Shown piece by piece: positions 8,190 to 19,075 of a DNA stretch of 64,000 nucleotides. The stretch lies in the NCBI GenBank assembly GCA_965112635.1, contig OZ218778.1:320001-384000 (forward strand), read 5' to 3'. Position 1 is the stretch's first letter; each line of letters opens with the position of its first letter. This DNA comes from an uncultured bacterium (lineage in GTDB: Bacteria > Oederibacteriota > Oederibacteriia > Oederibacteriales > Oederibacteriaceae). The position numbers were made by a program, and so were the translations under genes. Under the pieces are notes generated by a model that ran no database searches, was not told the origin of the DNA, and was given only the letters and a program-made list of their open reading frames with translations.

Positions 8190-10591
8190 CGGACCACCGC
8201 CAGTCTTCCTATCTTGCGGTTCCCGGTTTTTTTATCAGTGGCGATCCAGATATATAGGTCGCTTCCTACATCCACCCCGTCCTGATTTTTCAAATCCCAA
8301 ATAATGTCGCCTGGGCTGGTTTCTTCCAGGGTAATTACATGCCTGATATCCACGGTGTAAATGGCCACGGAAACCTGGGCGGTCAATCCTGTGAAATGGA
8401 TCATAGTGACCCCTTTATAGACCCGTGCCGGGTTGGGATAGGGGTGCATTTGAGTAAGGTCGGAAGGGACGGTCGTCACTGTGGGTGTCAATGAAGGGGT
8501 CAAAGTCTGGGTTCTCGTTCCTGTCATGGTACCGGTCAGAGTGACCGACCCGGTTGCCGTAGCGGTTGCGGTCAAAGAAGGGGTCAAGGTCTTAGTGATC
8601 GTGGCTGACGCCGAAGCAGTAGCCGACGCCGAGGCGGTAGCCGAGGCGGTCGCAGAGGAGGTCATAGTACTCGATATAATCGCTGTGAAGGTAGGAGAAC
8701 TACTGACCGTACTCGTCCCTGTGGCTGTAGCCGTCGGCGATGAGGTCCGGGTGGCGGTTGAAGTGCCGGTAGAGGCCAGGGTCTGGGTGGCCGTGGCTGT
8801 CGCTGAAGCAGTAGCCGACGCCGAGGCAGTAGCCGAGGCGGTTGAAGTGCCGGTAGAGGTCGGGGTCGGAGTAGCGGTGAAGGTGGTTGAAACAGTATTG
8901 CTGGGTGTTGCTGTCGCAGTGGTGCTCCAGGTATGAGTAGGGGTGGGAGAAGCAGAACTGGTGGAAGTATAGGTTGCGGAACATGTGTCTGTGGCGGTCG
9001 GGGAGTCAGTAGCAGAAGCAGTGGGGGTAGGCGTCTGAGTGGCACTCTTAGTGGCAGTCTCACTTGATGTCGCAGTGGCGGTATGAGTGTCTGATGCTGT
9101 CGCCGTACTCGTGCTGGTTACCGTGGCCGAAGCTGTGGCTGTTGCTGAGCTGGTGCCAGTAGGGGTCGCCGACTCTGTCCCTGTGATTGTACTGGTCTCC
9201 GTGGCCGTAGCTGTGGCTGTTTCAGTTCCCGTAGGGGTCTCAGTGGCTGTAGCAGTTTCTGTGGCAGTGGATGTTTGAGTTTCTGTCTCTGTACCTGTCG
9301 CTGATGTAGTGGCTGTCTCCGAACTGGTGCAAGTGGGGGTCGCCGACTCTGTCGCCGTGCCTGTACTGGTCTCCGTGGCCGTAGCTGTGGCTGTCTCCGA
9401 GCTGGTGCCAGTAGGGGTCGTCGTCTCTGTCGCTGTGTCTATACTGGTCTCCGTGGCGGTTGGCGTCGGAGTGATGTTCAACAAAACGGAGATATTATTA
9501 TCGCTGTAATTCGCTACAGCCATATCGAGCTTCCCATCCCCGTTGAAATCCCCCGCAGCCACGGAAAAAGGATTAGTTCCTACGCCATAATCCGTCTTGG
9601 CCAGGAACGTTCCATCCCCTTTTCCCAGGAGCAGGGAAATGCTATCAACCCCGGTTTGTCTATTTGCCACAGCCAGATCCAGGTGACCATCCCCGTTAAA
9701 ATCCCCAACGGCAATGGAAAAGGGATTATTTCCTACCGCATAATCCGTCTTTGGCCAAAACGTCCCATCCCCCTTCCCCAGAAGAATGGAAACTGTACAA
9801 GGGCTCCCTGCATAATTCGCCACCGCCAGGTCCGGTATCCCGTCCTCGTTAAAATCTCCCACAGCCACGAAAAAAGGCATGCTTTCCACGGCATAATCTG
9901 TTTTGGCCCCGAATGTCCCGTTACCGTTATTCAGAAGTATGGAGACGGTATCGCTTCCAGCATTCGCCACAGCCAGATCCGGGGCCCCATCCCCGTCAAA
10001 ATCCCCCACAGCAACGGATTGAGGACTGCTTCCTACGCCATCATCTGTTTTGGCCCCGAATGTCCCGTTGCCGTTATTCAGAAGTATGGAGACGGTATCG
10101 CTTCCAGCATTCGCCACAGCCAGATCCGGGGCCCCATCCCCGTCAAAATCCCCCACAGCAACGGACGAAGGATTACTTCCTACGCCATAATCCGTCCTCG
10201 TAGAGAAAACCCCTGCCGGCCCCTGAAAGAGTATAGAAATAGTATTGCTGCCCCCATTTGCGACAGCCAGATCATTATCCCCGTCTTGGTCGAAATCCCC
10301 CACAGCCACTGATTGAGGACCGCTTCCTACGCCAAAATCCGCCTTGACCCCGAACGTCCCATTGCGGTTATTCGGAAGTATGGAGACGGTATTGCTTCCC
10401 TGATTCGCCACCGCCAAGTCCGGCCACCCGTACCCGGTAAAATCCCCTACTGCCACGCAATAGGGAGAAGCGCCCACGCCATAATCCGTCCTTTGGAAGC
10501 AAACCGACTGCGAAAAAGCACAGACAGAGGTAAATACAAGGGATATCCAGGCAAGATGAAAAAATAGATATTTTTTTAATACTAATACCAT
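8186..10591 (-). CDS. Secreted FG-GAP/VCBS beta-propeller with Thr/Ser-rich stalk and T9SS-CTD-like C-terminus
   Basis: Seven GDF(N/D/T)xxGxxD(L/M)AVAN repeats; ~330-aa TAT/SAT tract; YPNP...WDLKNQDG...GRLAVVR. Start set at ATG 10591 (SD AAGGAG). Confidence 0.85.
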   Translation of the reverse strand: MVLVLKKYLFFHLAWISLVFTSVCAFSQSVCFQRTDYGVGASPYCVAVGDFTGYGWPDLAVANQGSNTVSILPNNRNGTFGVKADFGVGSGPQSVAVGDFDQDGDNDLAVANGGSNTISILFQGPAGVFSTRTDYGVGSNPSSVAVGDFDGDGAPDLAVANAGSDTVSILLNNGNGTFGAKTDDGVGSSPQSVAVGDFDGDGAPDLAVANAGSDTVSILLNNGNGTFGAKTDYAVESMPFFVAVGDFNEDGIPDLAVANYAGSPCTVSILLGKGDGTFWPKTDYAVGNNPFSIAVGDFNGDGHLDLAVANRQTGVDSISLLLGKGDGTFLAKTDYGVGTNPFSVAAGDFNGDGKLDMAVANYSDNNISVLLNITPTPTATETSIDTATETTTPTGTSSETATATATETSTGTATESATPTCTSSETATTSATGTETETQTSTATETATATETPTGTETATATATETSTITGTESATPTGTSSATATASATVTSTSTATASDTHTATATSSETATKSATQTPTPTASATDSPTATDTCSATYTSTSSASPTPTHTWSTTATATPSNTVSTTFTATPTPTSTGTSTASATASASATASATATATQTLASTGTSTATRTSSPTATATGTSTVSSSPTFTAIISSTMTSSATASATASASATASASATITKTLTPSLTATATATGSVTLTGTMTGTRTQTLTPSLTPTVTTVPSDLTQMHPYPNPARVYKGVTMIHFTGLTAQVSVAIYTVDIRHVITLEETSPGDIIWDLKNQDGVDVGSDLYIWIATDKKTGNRKIGRLAVVR
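9896..10165 (-). repeat. Near-identical 147-bp tandem duplication of one FG-GAP blade
   Basis: TTTTGGCCCCGAATGTCCCG... at 9901 and 10048 (offset 147); peptide GDFDGDGAPDLAVANAGSDTVSILLNNGNGTFGAKTD occurs twice. Confidence 0.85.
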
Positions 10592-10883
10592 GGAGCTCCT
10601 TTTAAATTGCCTTTTTTTCCCCTCGCCCTTTAGTCGGATCTGTGTGGACAGGGACTTGAAAAAAGGCCGAAAGGAATAGGCCAAATACAACAACACCTGT
10701 CCATTCCTTTGGAGAAAGGCGATGGGCATTAAAATAGGTTTTATGATCAAGATAAACTTGCATAAGACTGATTTCTGGTACGGGATAAAAAAGGCCCAGA
10801 AAAACTTTCCCAGTAACGGTTTAGTCCCGGCCCTCAGAAAGGAATACTACTTCTCGCAGCAGACTCAAGCGGAATGACGAGAG

Positions 10884-11999
10884 CTATCCAGTATAGTTCT
10901 CACAATATTTTTTGGTCCAACGTACTCTTTCTAAACACTCTTCCGGCGCTCCCTGGGGAAACTCGTCGGAAATGCCCAGGACCAGTTTAGGATGGAACAG
11001 CTTGACCAGCTTTTTGACGCAGGCCTCCAGTTCCTCGGCCTTGTAATAGGGCATAAAAAATACGGCCGGGATCCCGTCTAGCAGGATCTTGTCCCCCAGA
11101 TGCGCCTTCATCTCGTCAATGCTCACGTCTCCCTGCGGCAGAGGCGTCAGGGCCTCTATGCCGTCAAAGGGAAGGTCTTTTAGATACGGGAGGAGAGGCT
11201 TGAAGTATCCGTCAAAATGGGCGTAGGTGTATATCCCGGCTTTCCTGAGCTGGCCGACTCGCTTCTGATAGAAAGGAATAAAATATTTCTCAAAATAGGC
11301 CTGCGACAGGAGCTGGGCATGGACATTTTCGCCGAAATTCATGATATGGAGGCCCTTGGCCCTAGCCAACTGCTCATACAAGGAGTCATAGGAATCGTCA
11401 ATGGCTTTCATGAGGGTTTCCACCTTATCCGGCATGTCCGTCATGGCAAAAATAAAATCCTCCAAAGTGGACAGGTTGAGGCACATGGCCTGGTAGGGAC
11501 TGCGGGGCACCCAGAACTGCGGCTCTCCCCGGTCGCCCATGTTGGCCGCGCCCTTATCAAATTTTTCCTGGTTGAAAAGGTAGCTGGTGTTTTGCATCAG
11601 CCAGGTCGCCTTGTCGTAGTCCGCCCCGCTGACCACGGGAAATTTGGTCTCACGCCAGGTATTATCCTGGGTCCATTGGTGCTCTTCGGTCAGGGGCCCG
11701 AATGGGGTCTCCATCACAATGACCATGGATTTGCCTTCTATAGTTTTATTAGTGATCTTGACCTTGTCGGAATATTTCACCTCAATGGGGTCGGGCATGC
11801 CGGTGTAATAGTGGATATAGCGCATGGAAACATCCAGGTCGTCGTAAAATCCGAGGGTATCCATGGCCGCCAGCCGGGGCGATATGGTCTTGCGCTGTTT
11901 GTGGTAATCGAACCACGGCTCAATGCGCGGCTGGAAAAAAACGCAAGGGTTCTTCTTACCGGTGAAAACGTTCAGGTTCATCTCACGCTTGGTCATCAA
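10884..11999 (-). CDS. Uroporphyrinogen decarboxylase / MtaA-CmuA family protein
   Basis: YAHFDG, GIEALTPLPQGDVS, ILLDGIP and LVLGISD motifs. Confidence 0.8.
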   Translation of the reverse strand: MMTKREMNLNVFTGKKNPCVFFQPRIEPWFDYHKQRKTISPRLAAMDTLGFYDDLDVSMRYIHYYTGMPDPIEVKYSDKVKITNKTIEGKSMVIVMETPFGPLTEEHQWTQDNTWRETKFPVVSGADYDKATWLMQNTSYLFNQEKFDKGAANMGDRGEPQFWVPRSPYQAMCLNLSTLEDFIFAMTDMPDKVETLMKAIDDSYDSLYEQLARAKGLHIMNFGENVHAQLLSQAYFEKYFIPFYQKRVGQLRKAGIYTYAHFDGYFKPLLPYLKDLPFDGIEALTPLPQGDVSIDEMKAHLGDKILLDGIPAVFFMPYYKAEELEACVKKLVKLFHPKLVLGISDEFPQGAPEECLERVRWTKKYCENYTG

Positions 12000-12026
12000 T
12001 CTCCTCCTGCGTCAATAATGAGACTA

Positions 12027-12821
12027 TCATAGGACCTGCCTGTTCTTTGCGCAACGCAATCTTTGCACCAAGGCCATCTCATTCTTTCCCAGAGGCCGGA
12101 TGGCCAGGGGAACACCAAAATATTCCTGCCAGCCCTCGCCAAGCGCTTTGACAACTTCCTGAAAACTTGTTCTTTTGCCCAAAACCTCTTCTAAAGTCAC
12201 GATTTTATCCTTCAAGATCCTGGCGGATAACCCGGCTTTGGCTTGGAAACAGGACAGGACCTTTTTTTTGTCCAATCTCAGCAGAAGCGACCCGTGTTGC
12301 AGCCTGGCTGTCTTGGTGCGGCGCTGGGCGCTGCCGATGAGTTTTTTCCCGTCCACGGTCATATCGTAGCAGCTGTGCCGGGCCAGGCAGTAGGCCTGGC
12401 TGTCCTTGGAAGAAGGGCCCTTGGCTTCCCTAGCCAGGCTGGTCCTCACGCCCAAATGGTCCAGCAGGCCTTTTTGGAGTCCGGCCAGGATGGCCGCGTA
12501 AGACTCCCGGGTATTTTCGGGGATACGCCCCTCCGCCGCGTTCCAGACAAAGCTGTAGGTCACCTCATGCTCGTGGAAAAGAGCGCCGCCGCCTGTGACG
12601 CGCCGCACGATATCAATATGGTTCTTTTTACAATAAGTGACATCCGCGACCTCTTCTTTTTTTTGGAAATAACCCAGGGATAAGGCGGCTGGTTTCCAGC
12701 CGTAAAGGCGCAGGGTCGGAGGAATTTTTTTTTGGCCTGCTAAGGTAAGGAGAGCCTCGTCGACCGACATATTGGTCTCTCCATCCCGCTTTCCGGTCAG
12801 AAGCAGACGCCAGGGCCGCAT
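12027..12821 (-). CDS. Lipoate-protein ligase / octanoyltransferase (LipM-like)
   Basis: NMSVDEALL, LRLYGW, SLGYFQ, RRVTGGGA, KKLIGSAQ and LQHGS motifs; adjacent to the gcv genes. Confidence 0.9.
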   Translation of the reverse strand: MRPWRLLLTGKRDGETNMSVDEALLTLAGQKKIPPTLRLYGWKPAALSLGYFQKKEEVADVTYCKKNHIDIVRRVTGGGALFHEHEVTYSFVWNAAEGRIPENTRESYAAILAGLQKGLLDHLGVRTSLAREAKGPSSKDSQAYCLARHSCYDMTVDGKKLIGSAQRRTKTARLQHGSLLLRLDKKKVLSCFQAKAGLSARILKDKIVTLEEVLGKRTSFQEVVKALGEGWQEYFGVPLAIRPLGKNEMALVQRLRCAKNRQVL

Positions 12822-12830
12822 GGGGATGGC

Positions 12831-14288
12831 CTAGAGGGAGCCGGGTTTACGGTAACGCAGGTTGGGTTGGCGCGCTGCCGCAACCTCGTCCAGCCGGGAA
12901 ACCGGGGTGGTAAGAGGCGCATCATGGAGTCTTTGCGGCTGCTCGTTGGCCTCCTGGACAATGGATTTGATGGCCTCAATGAAGCTTTCCAAAGTTTCTT
13001 TGGACTCTGTTTCCGTAGGCTCGATCATCAGAGCCTCTTCCACGATCAGGGGAAAATAGACCGTGGGCGCGTGAAATCCGTAGTCCAGGAGCCGCTTGGC
13101 AATGTCCAAGGCCCGTATCCCCTTTTCCTTGAGGAGCCTGGCGGATAGAACGAACTCATGCTTGCAGGGTCCTGGATAGGGCGACTCCAGAACTTCCCGG
13201 AGCCGCGACAGCATGTAATTGGCGTTCAAAACCGCCTGCTCGCTCGCCTGCTTCAGTCCTTCGGGGCCCAGGCTGAGGATGTAGGCATAGGCCCGGACAA
13301 TGATCCCAAAATTTCCCAAAAACGACCTGACCCTGCCGATGCTTTGCGGCCTGTCGTAGATAAGCTCGAAAACTCCGCCCTTTTTCTCGATGGCCGGCAA
13401 AGGCAAAAAGGGTTCCAAGGACTTTTTGACGCCGATGGGACCGGAACCCGGCCCTCCTCCGCCGTGCGGCGTGGAAAAAGTTTTGTGCAGGTTGAAATGC
13501 ATCAGGTCCACTCCCATGTCGCCGGGCCGGCATTTACCCATGACCGCGTTGAGATTGGCGCCGTCGTAATAGACCAGCCCGCCCGCTTTGTGGACTTTGT
13601 CGCAGATGGTAGCGATCTCTTTTTCAAACAGGCCCAGGGTGTTGGGGTTGGTCAGCATCAAAGCAGCCACGCGGTCGTTCAAATGCCTGAGGAGGTCCTG
13701 AAGGTCGATTTGGCCGTGCCGGTCTGATTTCACCACCTGGACCTGGAAGCCCGCCATGGCCGCGCTGGCCGGATTGGTGCCATGGGCCGTGTCCGGTACC
13801 AAAATCACGTCGGGCTTTTTCCTTTTGGAGGAATGATAGGCCCGGACAATGAGCAGGGCGGTCATTTCTCCCTGCGCTCCAGCGGAGGGTTGCAAAGACA
13901 CGGCGTCCATGCCGGATATCTCGGCCAAAAAACCCTGCATCTCGTGGAGCAGGGCCAGCGCGCCCTGGCATTGGGAGGCCGCCAGGTAGGGATGAATGCG
14001 GGCAAACCCGGGTAGACTGGCCGCTTCTTCGTTGACCTTGGGATTGTATTTCATGGTGCAGGAGCCTAAAGGATAAAAATGGGAGTCCACGCCCACGTTG
14101 CGCTGTGACAAACGGGTAAAATGTCTGACCAGCTCCGGCTCGGAAACTTCGGGAAGCTGGGCGGGCTTTTGGCGCAGATATTTCGCGGGGACCAACTTGT
14201 CCACGGGAAGCGTCGGCACGTCCACTCTGGGCAGGGTACAGGCCCGGCGTCCCGGCTTGCCCAGCTCAAACAACAAAGGTTCGTTCAT
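12831..14288 (-). CDS. gcvPB: Glycine dehydrogenase (decarboxylating) subunit 2
   Basis: [39 protein letters not shown]. Confidence 0.97.
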   Translation of the reverse strand: MNEPLLFELGKPGRRACTLPRVDVPTLPVDKLVPAKYLRQKPAQLPEVSEPELVRHFTRLSQRNVGVDSHFYPLGSCTMKYNPKVNEEAASLPGFARIHPYLAASQCQGALALLHEMQGFLAEISGMDAVSLQPSAGAQGEMTALLIVRAYHSSKRKKPDVILVPDTAHGTNPASAAMAGFQVQVVKSDRHGQIDLQDLLRHLNDRVAALMLTNPNTLGLFEKEIATICDKVHKAGGLVYYDGANLNAVMGKCRPGDMGVDLMHFNLHKTFSTPHGGGGPGSGPIGVKKSLEPFLPLPAIEKKGGVFELIYDRPQSIGRVRSFLGNFGIIVRAYAYILSLGPEGLKQASEQAVLNANYMLSRLREVLESPYPGPCKHEFVLSARLLKEKGIRALDIAKRLLDYGFHAPTVYFPLIVEEALMIEPTETESKETLESFIEAIKSIVQEANEQPQRLHDAPLTTPVSRLDEVAAARQPNLRYRKPGSL

Positions 14289-15634
14289 TTGGCCGCGTCC
14301 TTTAAGGCTTCGACCAGCAGGTCGATCTCGGCCTTGGTCCTTTTTTCCGTCACGCTGAAAAGCAAATGGCCTTTAAGCTCAGGATAGAACCTGTCCATAG
14401 GGATACCACCCAGAATAGAGCGGCGCTTCAACTGTTCCTGGACCTTTTCCGCAGGAACAGGGGAAACAAGAGAGAACTCTTTGAAGAACGGAGCGGCAAA
14501 AGCTGGTTTGAACTTTGTCTTAGCCTGGATCTCACGCAAAGCATAGTGGGATTTTTGCAAACAGGCCTCGCCGACTTCCCGGATCCCCTGTTTGCCCAAG
14601 CAACCCAGGTATATGGCGGCCCGCAGGGCCATCAGAGCCTGGTTGGTGCAGATATTGGAAGTGGCTTTTTCGCGGCGGATATGCTGTTCCCGGGTCTGCA
14701 GGGTCAGGACAAATCCCCGGCGGCCCTGGGTATCCGTGGTCTGGCCGATCAACCTGCCCGGCATCCTGCGGACGAACTGTTCCCGGCAGGCTAGGAACCC
14801 AAAACCCGGCCCGCCAAAACTCATTTCCACACCCAAGCCCTGGCCCTCTCCCACGGCGATAGAGGCCCCCAGCTCTCCGGCTGGAGCAAGCACCCCCTGG
14901 CTGAGAGGATCCACGACCAGGACCAGCAAAGCGCCTTGGCTGGCGACTTCCCGATTAAAAGCAGCCAAATCTTCAAGACAACCGAAAAAATTGGGCTGTT
15001 GGACGATGACAGCGGCTATATCCTGGCTCAAATGCTCTTTGATGAACCCCGCATCGCTGACGCCATCCTTGAAAGGGACCTCGATGAAGGATAAATCAAG
15101 GTTCTGGGTGTAGGTCGTCACCACCTGCCTGTATTCGGGATGGACAGTGCGGCAGATCAGGAATTTATTACGGTTGGTGGAACTATGAGCCATCAAGACC
15201 GCTTCGGCCAGGCTGGAGGCCCCGTCGTACAGGGAAGCGTTGCTGACGTCCATGGCGGTCAATTCGGCCAACAGGGACTGGTATTCATAAAACGCCTGTA
15301 GCGAACCCTGGCTGATCTCCGGCTGGTAAGGGGTATAAGCGGTATAAAATTCGGACCGTCCCGCAAGATGGTCGATCACGCTGGGGATAAAATGGTCGTA
15401 AACGCCCGCACCCAGGAAATCAATATTTTTGTTGTTGTGTTGGTTCTGTTCGGCCATCCCGCTGAGGCGGCTGAGCAATTCCTGCTCCCCCTCCGGCCCA
15501 GGCAGCCGCAGAGGCTGCTGGCGTCTCAATGCTTCGGGGATGTCGCTAAAAAGGTCGTCCACGCTTGCAGCGCCTATCTGCTGCAGCATGGAACTTTGGT
15601 CTTCAGGCGTGACAGGAAGATAAGGAGAGGTCAA
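14285..15634 (-). CDS. gcvPA: Glycine dehydrogenase (decarboxylating) subunit 1
   Basis: [36 protein letters not shown]. Confidence 0.97.
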   Translation of the reverse strand: MTSPYLPVTPEDQSSMLQQIGAASVDDLFSDIPEALRRQQPLRLPGPEGEQELLSRLSGMAEQNQHNNKNIDFLGAGVYDHFIPSVIDHLAGRSEFYTAYTPYQPEISQGSLQAFYEYQSLLAELTAMDVSNASLYDGASSLAEAVLMAHSSTNRNKFLICRTVHPEYRQVVTTYTQNLDLSFIEVPFKDGVSDAGFIKEHLSQDIAAVIVQQPNFFGCLEDLAAFNREVASQGALLVLVVDPLSQGVLAPAGELGASIAVGEGQGLGVEMSFGGPGFGFLACREQFVRRMPGRLIGQTTDTQGRRGFVLTLQTREQHIRREKATSNICTNQALMALRAAIYLGCLGKQGIREVGEACLQKSHYALREIQAKTKFKPAFAAPFFKEFSLVSPVPAEKVQEQLKRRSILGGIPMDRFYPELKGHLLFSVTEKRTKAEIDLLVEALKDAAK

Positions 15635-16023
15635 TGGCCGGCGCCCTCGGTCTTTAAAAATGCCTCATAGCCTTTGGCGTCCATGAGGTTGTTGAGCTCT
15701 CCAGGATTCTTAATCTCCACTTCCACCATCCAGCCGTCCTCATAAGCCGACTTGCTGACTGTCTCCGGATTGTCCAATAGTTTTTCGTTGACCGACACGA
15801 TCTTGCCGCTTACCGGGGCATTGACCTCAAACACGGCTTTGACCGACTCCACGTTGCCGAACGGTTTGCCTTGCACGACCTCCTGGCCCTGGGGGTTGAG
15901 CTCAATGAAAATGATGTCCCTGATCTCCTGGACCGCGTGGGCCGTGATCCCGAATTTCGCTTTATTGCCGCTGACTTTGACCCATTCATGGGATTTGGTA
16001 TATTTTAAATTTTCCGGTATCAT
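15631..16023 (-). CDS. gcvH: Glycine cleavage system H protein
   Basis: YTKSHEWV; lipoyl-Lys motif VESVKAV. Confidence 0.96.
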   Translation of the reverse strand: MIPENLKYTKSHEWVKVSGNKAKFGITAHAVQEIRDIIFIELNPQGQEVVQGKPFGNVESVKAVFEVNAPVSGKIVSVNEKLLDNPETVSKSAYEDGWMVEVEIKNPGELNNLMDAKGYEAFLKTEGAGH

Positions 16024-16130
16024 CTCTCTCCTTCCTAATTATTCAAGGTCATTTTCGCCTATTTTAGTACATCTGCCCTGTTTTCCTAGGCTCTTGTCAA
16101 AAAAAATCAGCCGGCTAGCCGTTCATATCC

Positions 16131-17210
16131 TCATTTTTTGCGCTGGTAGAACGGCAGGCCGCACAGGCTGGCCGCATAGCTTTTGCCCCTGATCTCAATG
16201 GACAGCGTTTCTCTGATCTGGTCCGACCGGACATAAGCCAGGGCAATGCCTTTGTCCAGGCTGGGAGAAAAAGTACCGCTGGTCACCTGCCCCACCGGGG
16301 TCTGGCCCTGCAACACCGGGCATCCCTGCCGCGGCACGCCCCTTTCCTGGAGCACTAGTCCCACCAATTTTTCTTTCACACCTTTTTGGGCTTTGGCCAG
16401 GAGCGTCTCCCTGCCAGCAAAAGGGCCTTTGTTGAAATTGACGAACTTTTCCAGCCCCGCCTCCATGGGCCCGTGCTGAAAGTCCAGCTCATGGCCGTAA
16501 AGCGGGAATGCCATTTCCAGGCGCAAAGTGTCTCTGGCCCCCAGTCCGACCGGCACGAGGCCGTCTCTGCGGCCTTCCTCGGACAAGATATTCCAGACCG
16601 TTTCGGTGTCCTTGGCAGGGCAAAACAGCTCAAACCCGTCTTCACCGGTATACCCGGTCCTGCTGAACAGCACCTGCACGGAGCCGACCTTGCCGCGTGC
16701 AAATCCATAGTAAGGGATGGGGTCCAAAGAAAGGGAGGTGGTGCGGCCGAGGATCTTTAAAGCAAGCGGCCCCTGGATCGCGATCATGCCCAAATGGTCG
16801 GACTGGTCGACGGTCTCCACTTCGCCTTTTTCTCTGCTCTGCAGCCATTGCAGGTCGCGGGCCGTGTTGGAAGCGTTGATGACCAGGAAAATCTCTTCGC
16901 CGTCGTTGGAGACCAGCAGATCGTCCAGCACTTCGCCGTTCTCGTTGCAAAAAAAAGTGTATTTAGAACGGCCCTGCGGGATCTTGGCCACATCAATGGT
17001 CACCAGAGATTGCAAAAAGGCCACCCGGTTGGCTCCCCGGATAACCACGCGTCCCATGTGACAAAGGTCGAACAGGCCCGCATTGGCGCGGGTCTGCTGG
17101 TGTTCCTGCTTGACGCTCTGGTATTGCACCGGCATGTCCCAGCCGGCGAAATCCACCATCTGGGCGCTTAATTTAACGTGGGTTTGGTATAACGGGGTTG
17201 GTTTTGCCAC
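16131..17210 (-). CDS. gcvT: Glycine cleavage aminomethyltransferase
   Basis: FAGWDMPVQY, SRTGYTGEDGFE, GLGARDTLRLE. Confidence 0.97.
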   Translation of the reverse strand: MAKPTPLYQTHVKLSAQMVDFAGWDMPVQYQSVKQEHQQTRANAGLFDLCHMGRVVIRGANRVAFLQSLVTIDVAKIPQGRSKYTFFCNENGEVLDDLLVSNDGEEIFLVINASNTARDLQWLQSREKGEVETVDQSDHLGMIAIQGPLALKILGRTTSLSLDPIPYYGFARGKVGSVQVLFSRTGYTGEDGFELFCPAKDTETVWNILSEEGRRDGLVPVGLGARDTLRLEMAFPLYGHELDFQHGPMEAGLEKFVNFNKGPFAGRETLLAKAQKGVKEKLVGLVLQERGVPRQGCPVLQGQTPVGQVTSGTFSPSLDKGIALAYVRSDQIRETLSIEIRGKSYAASLCGLPFYQRKK

Positions 17211-17278
17211 AGATCCCTTTCAGTCAATGCTCCGCTTTACTTACAGTACAAAATTTCCAATTAGTCGGCGCTGGATAA

Positions 17279-19021
17279 TTAGTCTAAAAACCCTTTTAAT
17301 TTTTTGCTTCTATTGGGATGTCTCAATTTTCTCAAAGCCTTGGCTTCTATCTGACGCACACGCTCCCTCGTTACATGGAAGATCTCGCCCACTTCTTCAA
17401 GGGTGTGGGGATAGGTGTTCTCGCCAATCCCAAAACGCAGCCTCAAGATCTCCGCCTCCCGGTCTTTAAGGGATGAAAGCACCTTGGCGATCTGCTCTTT
17501 CAAGATGACATAGGAAACGGCCGTGGAAGGCGAAACCGCCTCTTTATCCTCGATAAAGTCGCCTAAATGGCTATCTTTTTCTTCGCCGATAGGTGTTTCC
17601 AGGGAGATGGGCTCTTGGGCTATCTTCAAGATCCCCCGCACCTTTTCCACGGGGATACGCATCCTGGCGGCGATCTCCTCAGGGGTTGGTTCCTTGCCAA
17701 ATTTTTGGACCAAGCTGCGGGAAGTGCGGATCAGTTTGTTGATCGTCTCGATCATATGGACAGGGATACGGATGGTGCGGGCCTGGTCCGCGATGGCCCT
17801 GGTGATAGCCTGCCTGATCCACCAGGTCGCGTAGGTGCTAAATTTATAACCGCGGCGGTACTCGAATTTCTCCACAGCGCGCATCAGTCCGATGTTGCCT
17901 TCCTGGATAAGATCAAGGAATTGTAAACCGCGGTTGGTGTATTTTTTGGCGATGCTGACCACCAGCCTCAGGTTGGCTTCGACCAGCTCCATCTTGGCTT
18001 TATAAGTGTAACGTTCCCCTTCTTCGATCTTGATCCCCAGGCCTTTAAGAACATTTAAGGGATACTCGGCTTCCCTTTCTAAACTTCTGAATCTGCGTTC
18101 AATGTTCTGTAAGGTCTGCTGGAGGGTCAGCCATTCCTCCGCAGTCATCCCGCCGTGTGCGACAGCCTTTCTTGAACGGCTGCTTTTTCTCAAATCGGCG
18201 ACCGTCCGGCTGATCTCTTCGGGGGTAAGCTTCACCTTGTCCAGCAATAATTTCTTTTCTTTTTCCAGCTGAACGACGCGGTTGGCGATGCCCTTGATGC
18301 GGGCCACGATCTTGCCGATTTCCCTGTCGCTGAGATTCATGGCCGTGATGATGCCGATAACGACCTTGCGAACCTGGTTTTCTTTGTCCCTCAGTTTGTT
18401 CGTACCCTTGGCCTTGATTCTCTTCTGGATATCGACCAGCTTGCACCAGGTCAGGCGCAAACGTTTCAGTTGCTTTTTCAGCTGCTTAAAATATTTGCGC
18501 TTTATTCTTGGAGGGACTTCCATCTCACTGTCGATCTTTAACCCTTCGGTCAGGGGAACTTTCTCGCTTAAAATATCCACGACCAGGTTTTCCACAGCAC
18601 GGATGGTCAACTGGGCGCTAAAAGTGGCGTTCTGAACCTTTTGCTGGCCCGATTCGATGCGTTTGGCCAGGTTGACTTCCTGTTCCCTGGTCAGCAGGGG
18701 GACCTTACCCATCTCACGCAAATAAAATCGAACGGGGTCATCATCAGTGGAGGCAACCTCCACCAAGGTGGGAGTTTCATCGCGCTCGATCTCCGAGGTA
18801 GCCGCTTCGACGACCGTCTTCTCGACTTTCTTGTCATCTTTGCTGGAATCAACGATATCAATATCCATCTCGCCGAGCATGGTAAGGATATCGTCAATCT
18901 GATCCGATGAAATGACTTCCTCGGGAAGGATATCGTTCACTTCCTGATAAGTGAGGAAGCCCTTCTCTTTGCCCATTTCAATAAGTTGTTCGATTTCACC
19001 GCTTCGCTGGCCCTTCTTCAT
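17279..19021 (-). CDS. rpoD: Primary RNA polymerase sigma factor
   Basis: Region 1.1, [44 protein letters not shown]; long non-conserved region. Confidence 0.98.
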   Translation of the reverse strand: MKKGQRSGEIEQLIEMGKEKGFLTYQEVNDILPEEVISSDQIDDILTMLGEMDIDIVDSSKDDKKVEKTVVEAATSEIERDETPTLVEVASTDDDPVRFYLREMGKVPLLTREQEVNLAKRIESGQQKVQNATFSAQLTIRAVENLVVDILSEKVPLTEGLKIDSEMEVPPRIKRKYFKQLKKQLKRLRLTWCKLVDIQKRIKAKGTNKLRDKENQVRKVVIGIITAMNLSDREIGKIVARIKGIANRVVQLEKEKKLLLDKVKLTPEEISRTVADLRKSSRSRKAVAHGGMTAEEWLTLQQTLQNIERRFRSLEREAEYPLNVLKGLGIKIEEGERYTYKAKMELVEANLRLVVSIAKKYTNRGLQFLDLIQEGNIGLMRAVEKFEYRRGYKFSTYATWWIRQAITRAIADQARTIRIPVHMIETINKLIRTSRSLVQKFGKEPTPEEIAARMRIPVEKVRGILKIAQEPISLETPIGEEKDSHLGDFIEDKEAVSPSTAVSYVILKEQIAKVLSSLKDREAEILRLRFGIGENTYPHTLEEVGEIFHVTRERVRQIEAKALRKLRHPNRSKKLKGFLD

Positions 19022-19075
19022 CTAACCTCCCAGAAACCATTAAACCTTTTTCGTCGAATAAATTTGCTCATAGCA

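Noticed and set aside
8481-9509. Val/Ala-rich + strand ORFs (and similar antisense ORFs at 5061, 11217, 49843, 53469 and 54881)
   Set aside because: These are antisense shadows of real genes or Thr-rich repeats.
17211-17278. Glycine riboswitch upstream of gcvT
   Set aside because: The intergenic region is only 68 bp and has no aptamer motifs.
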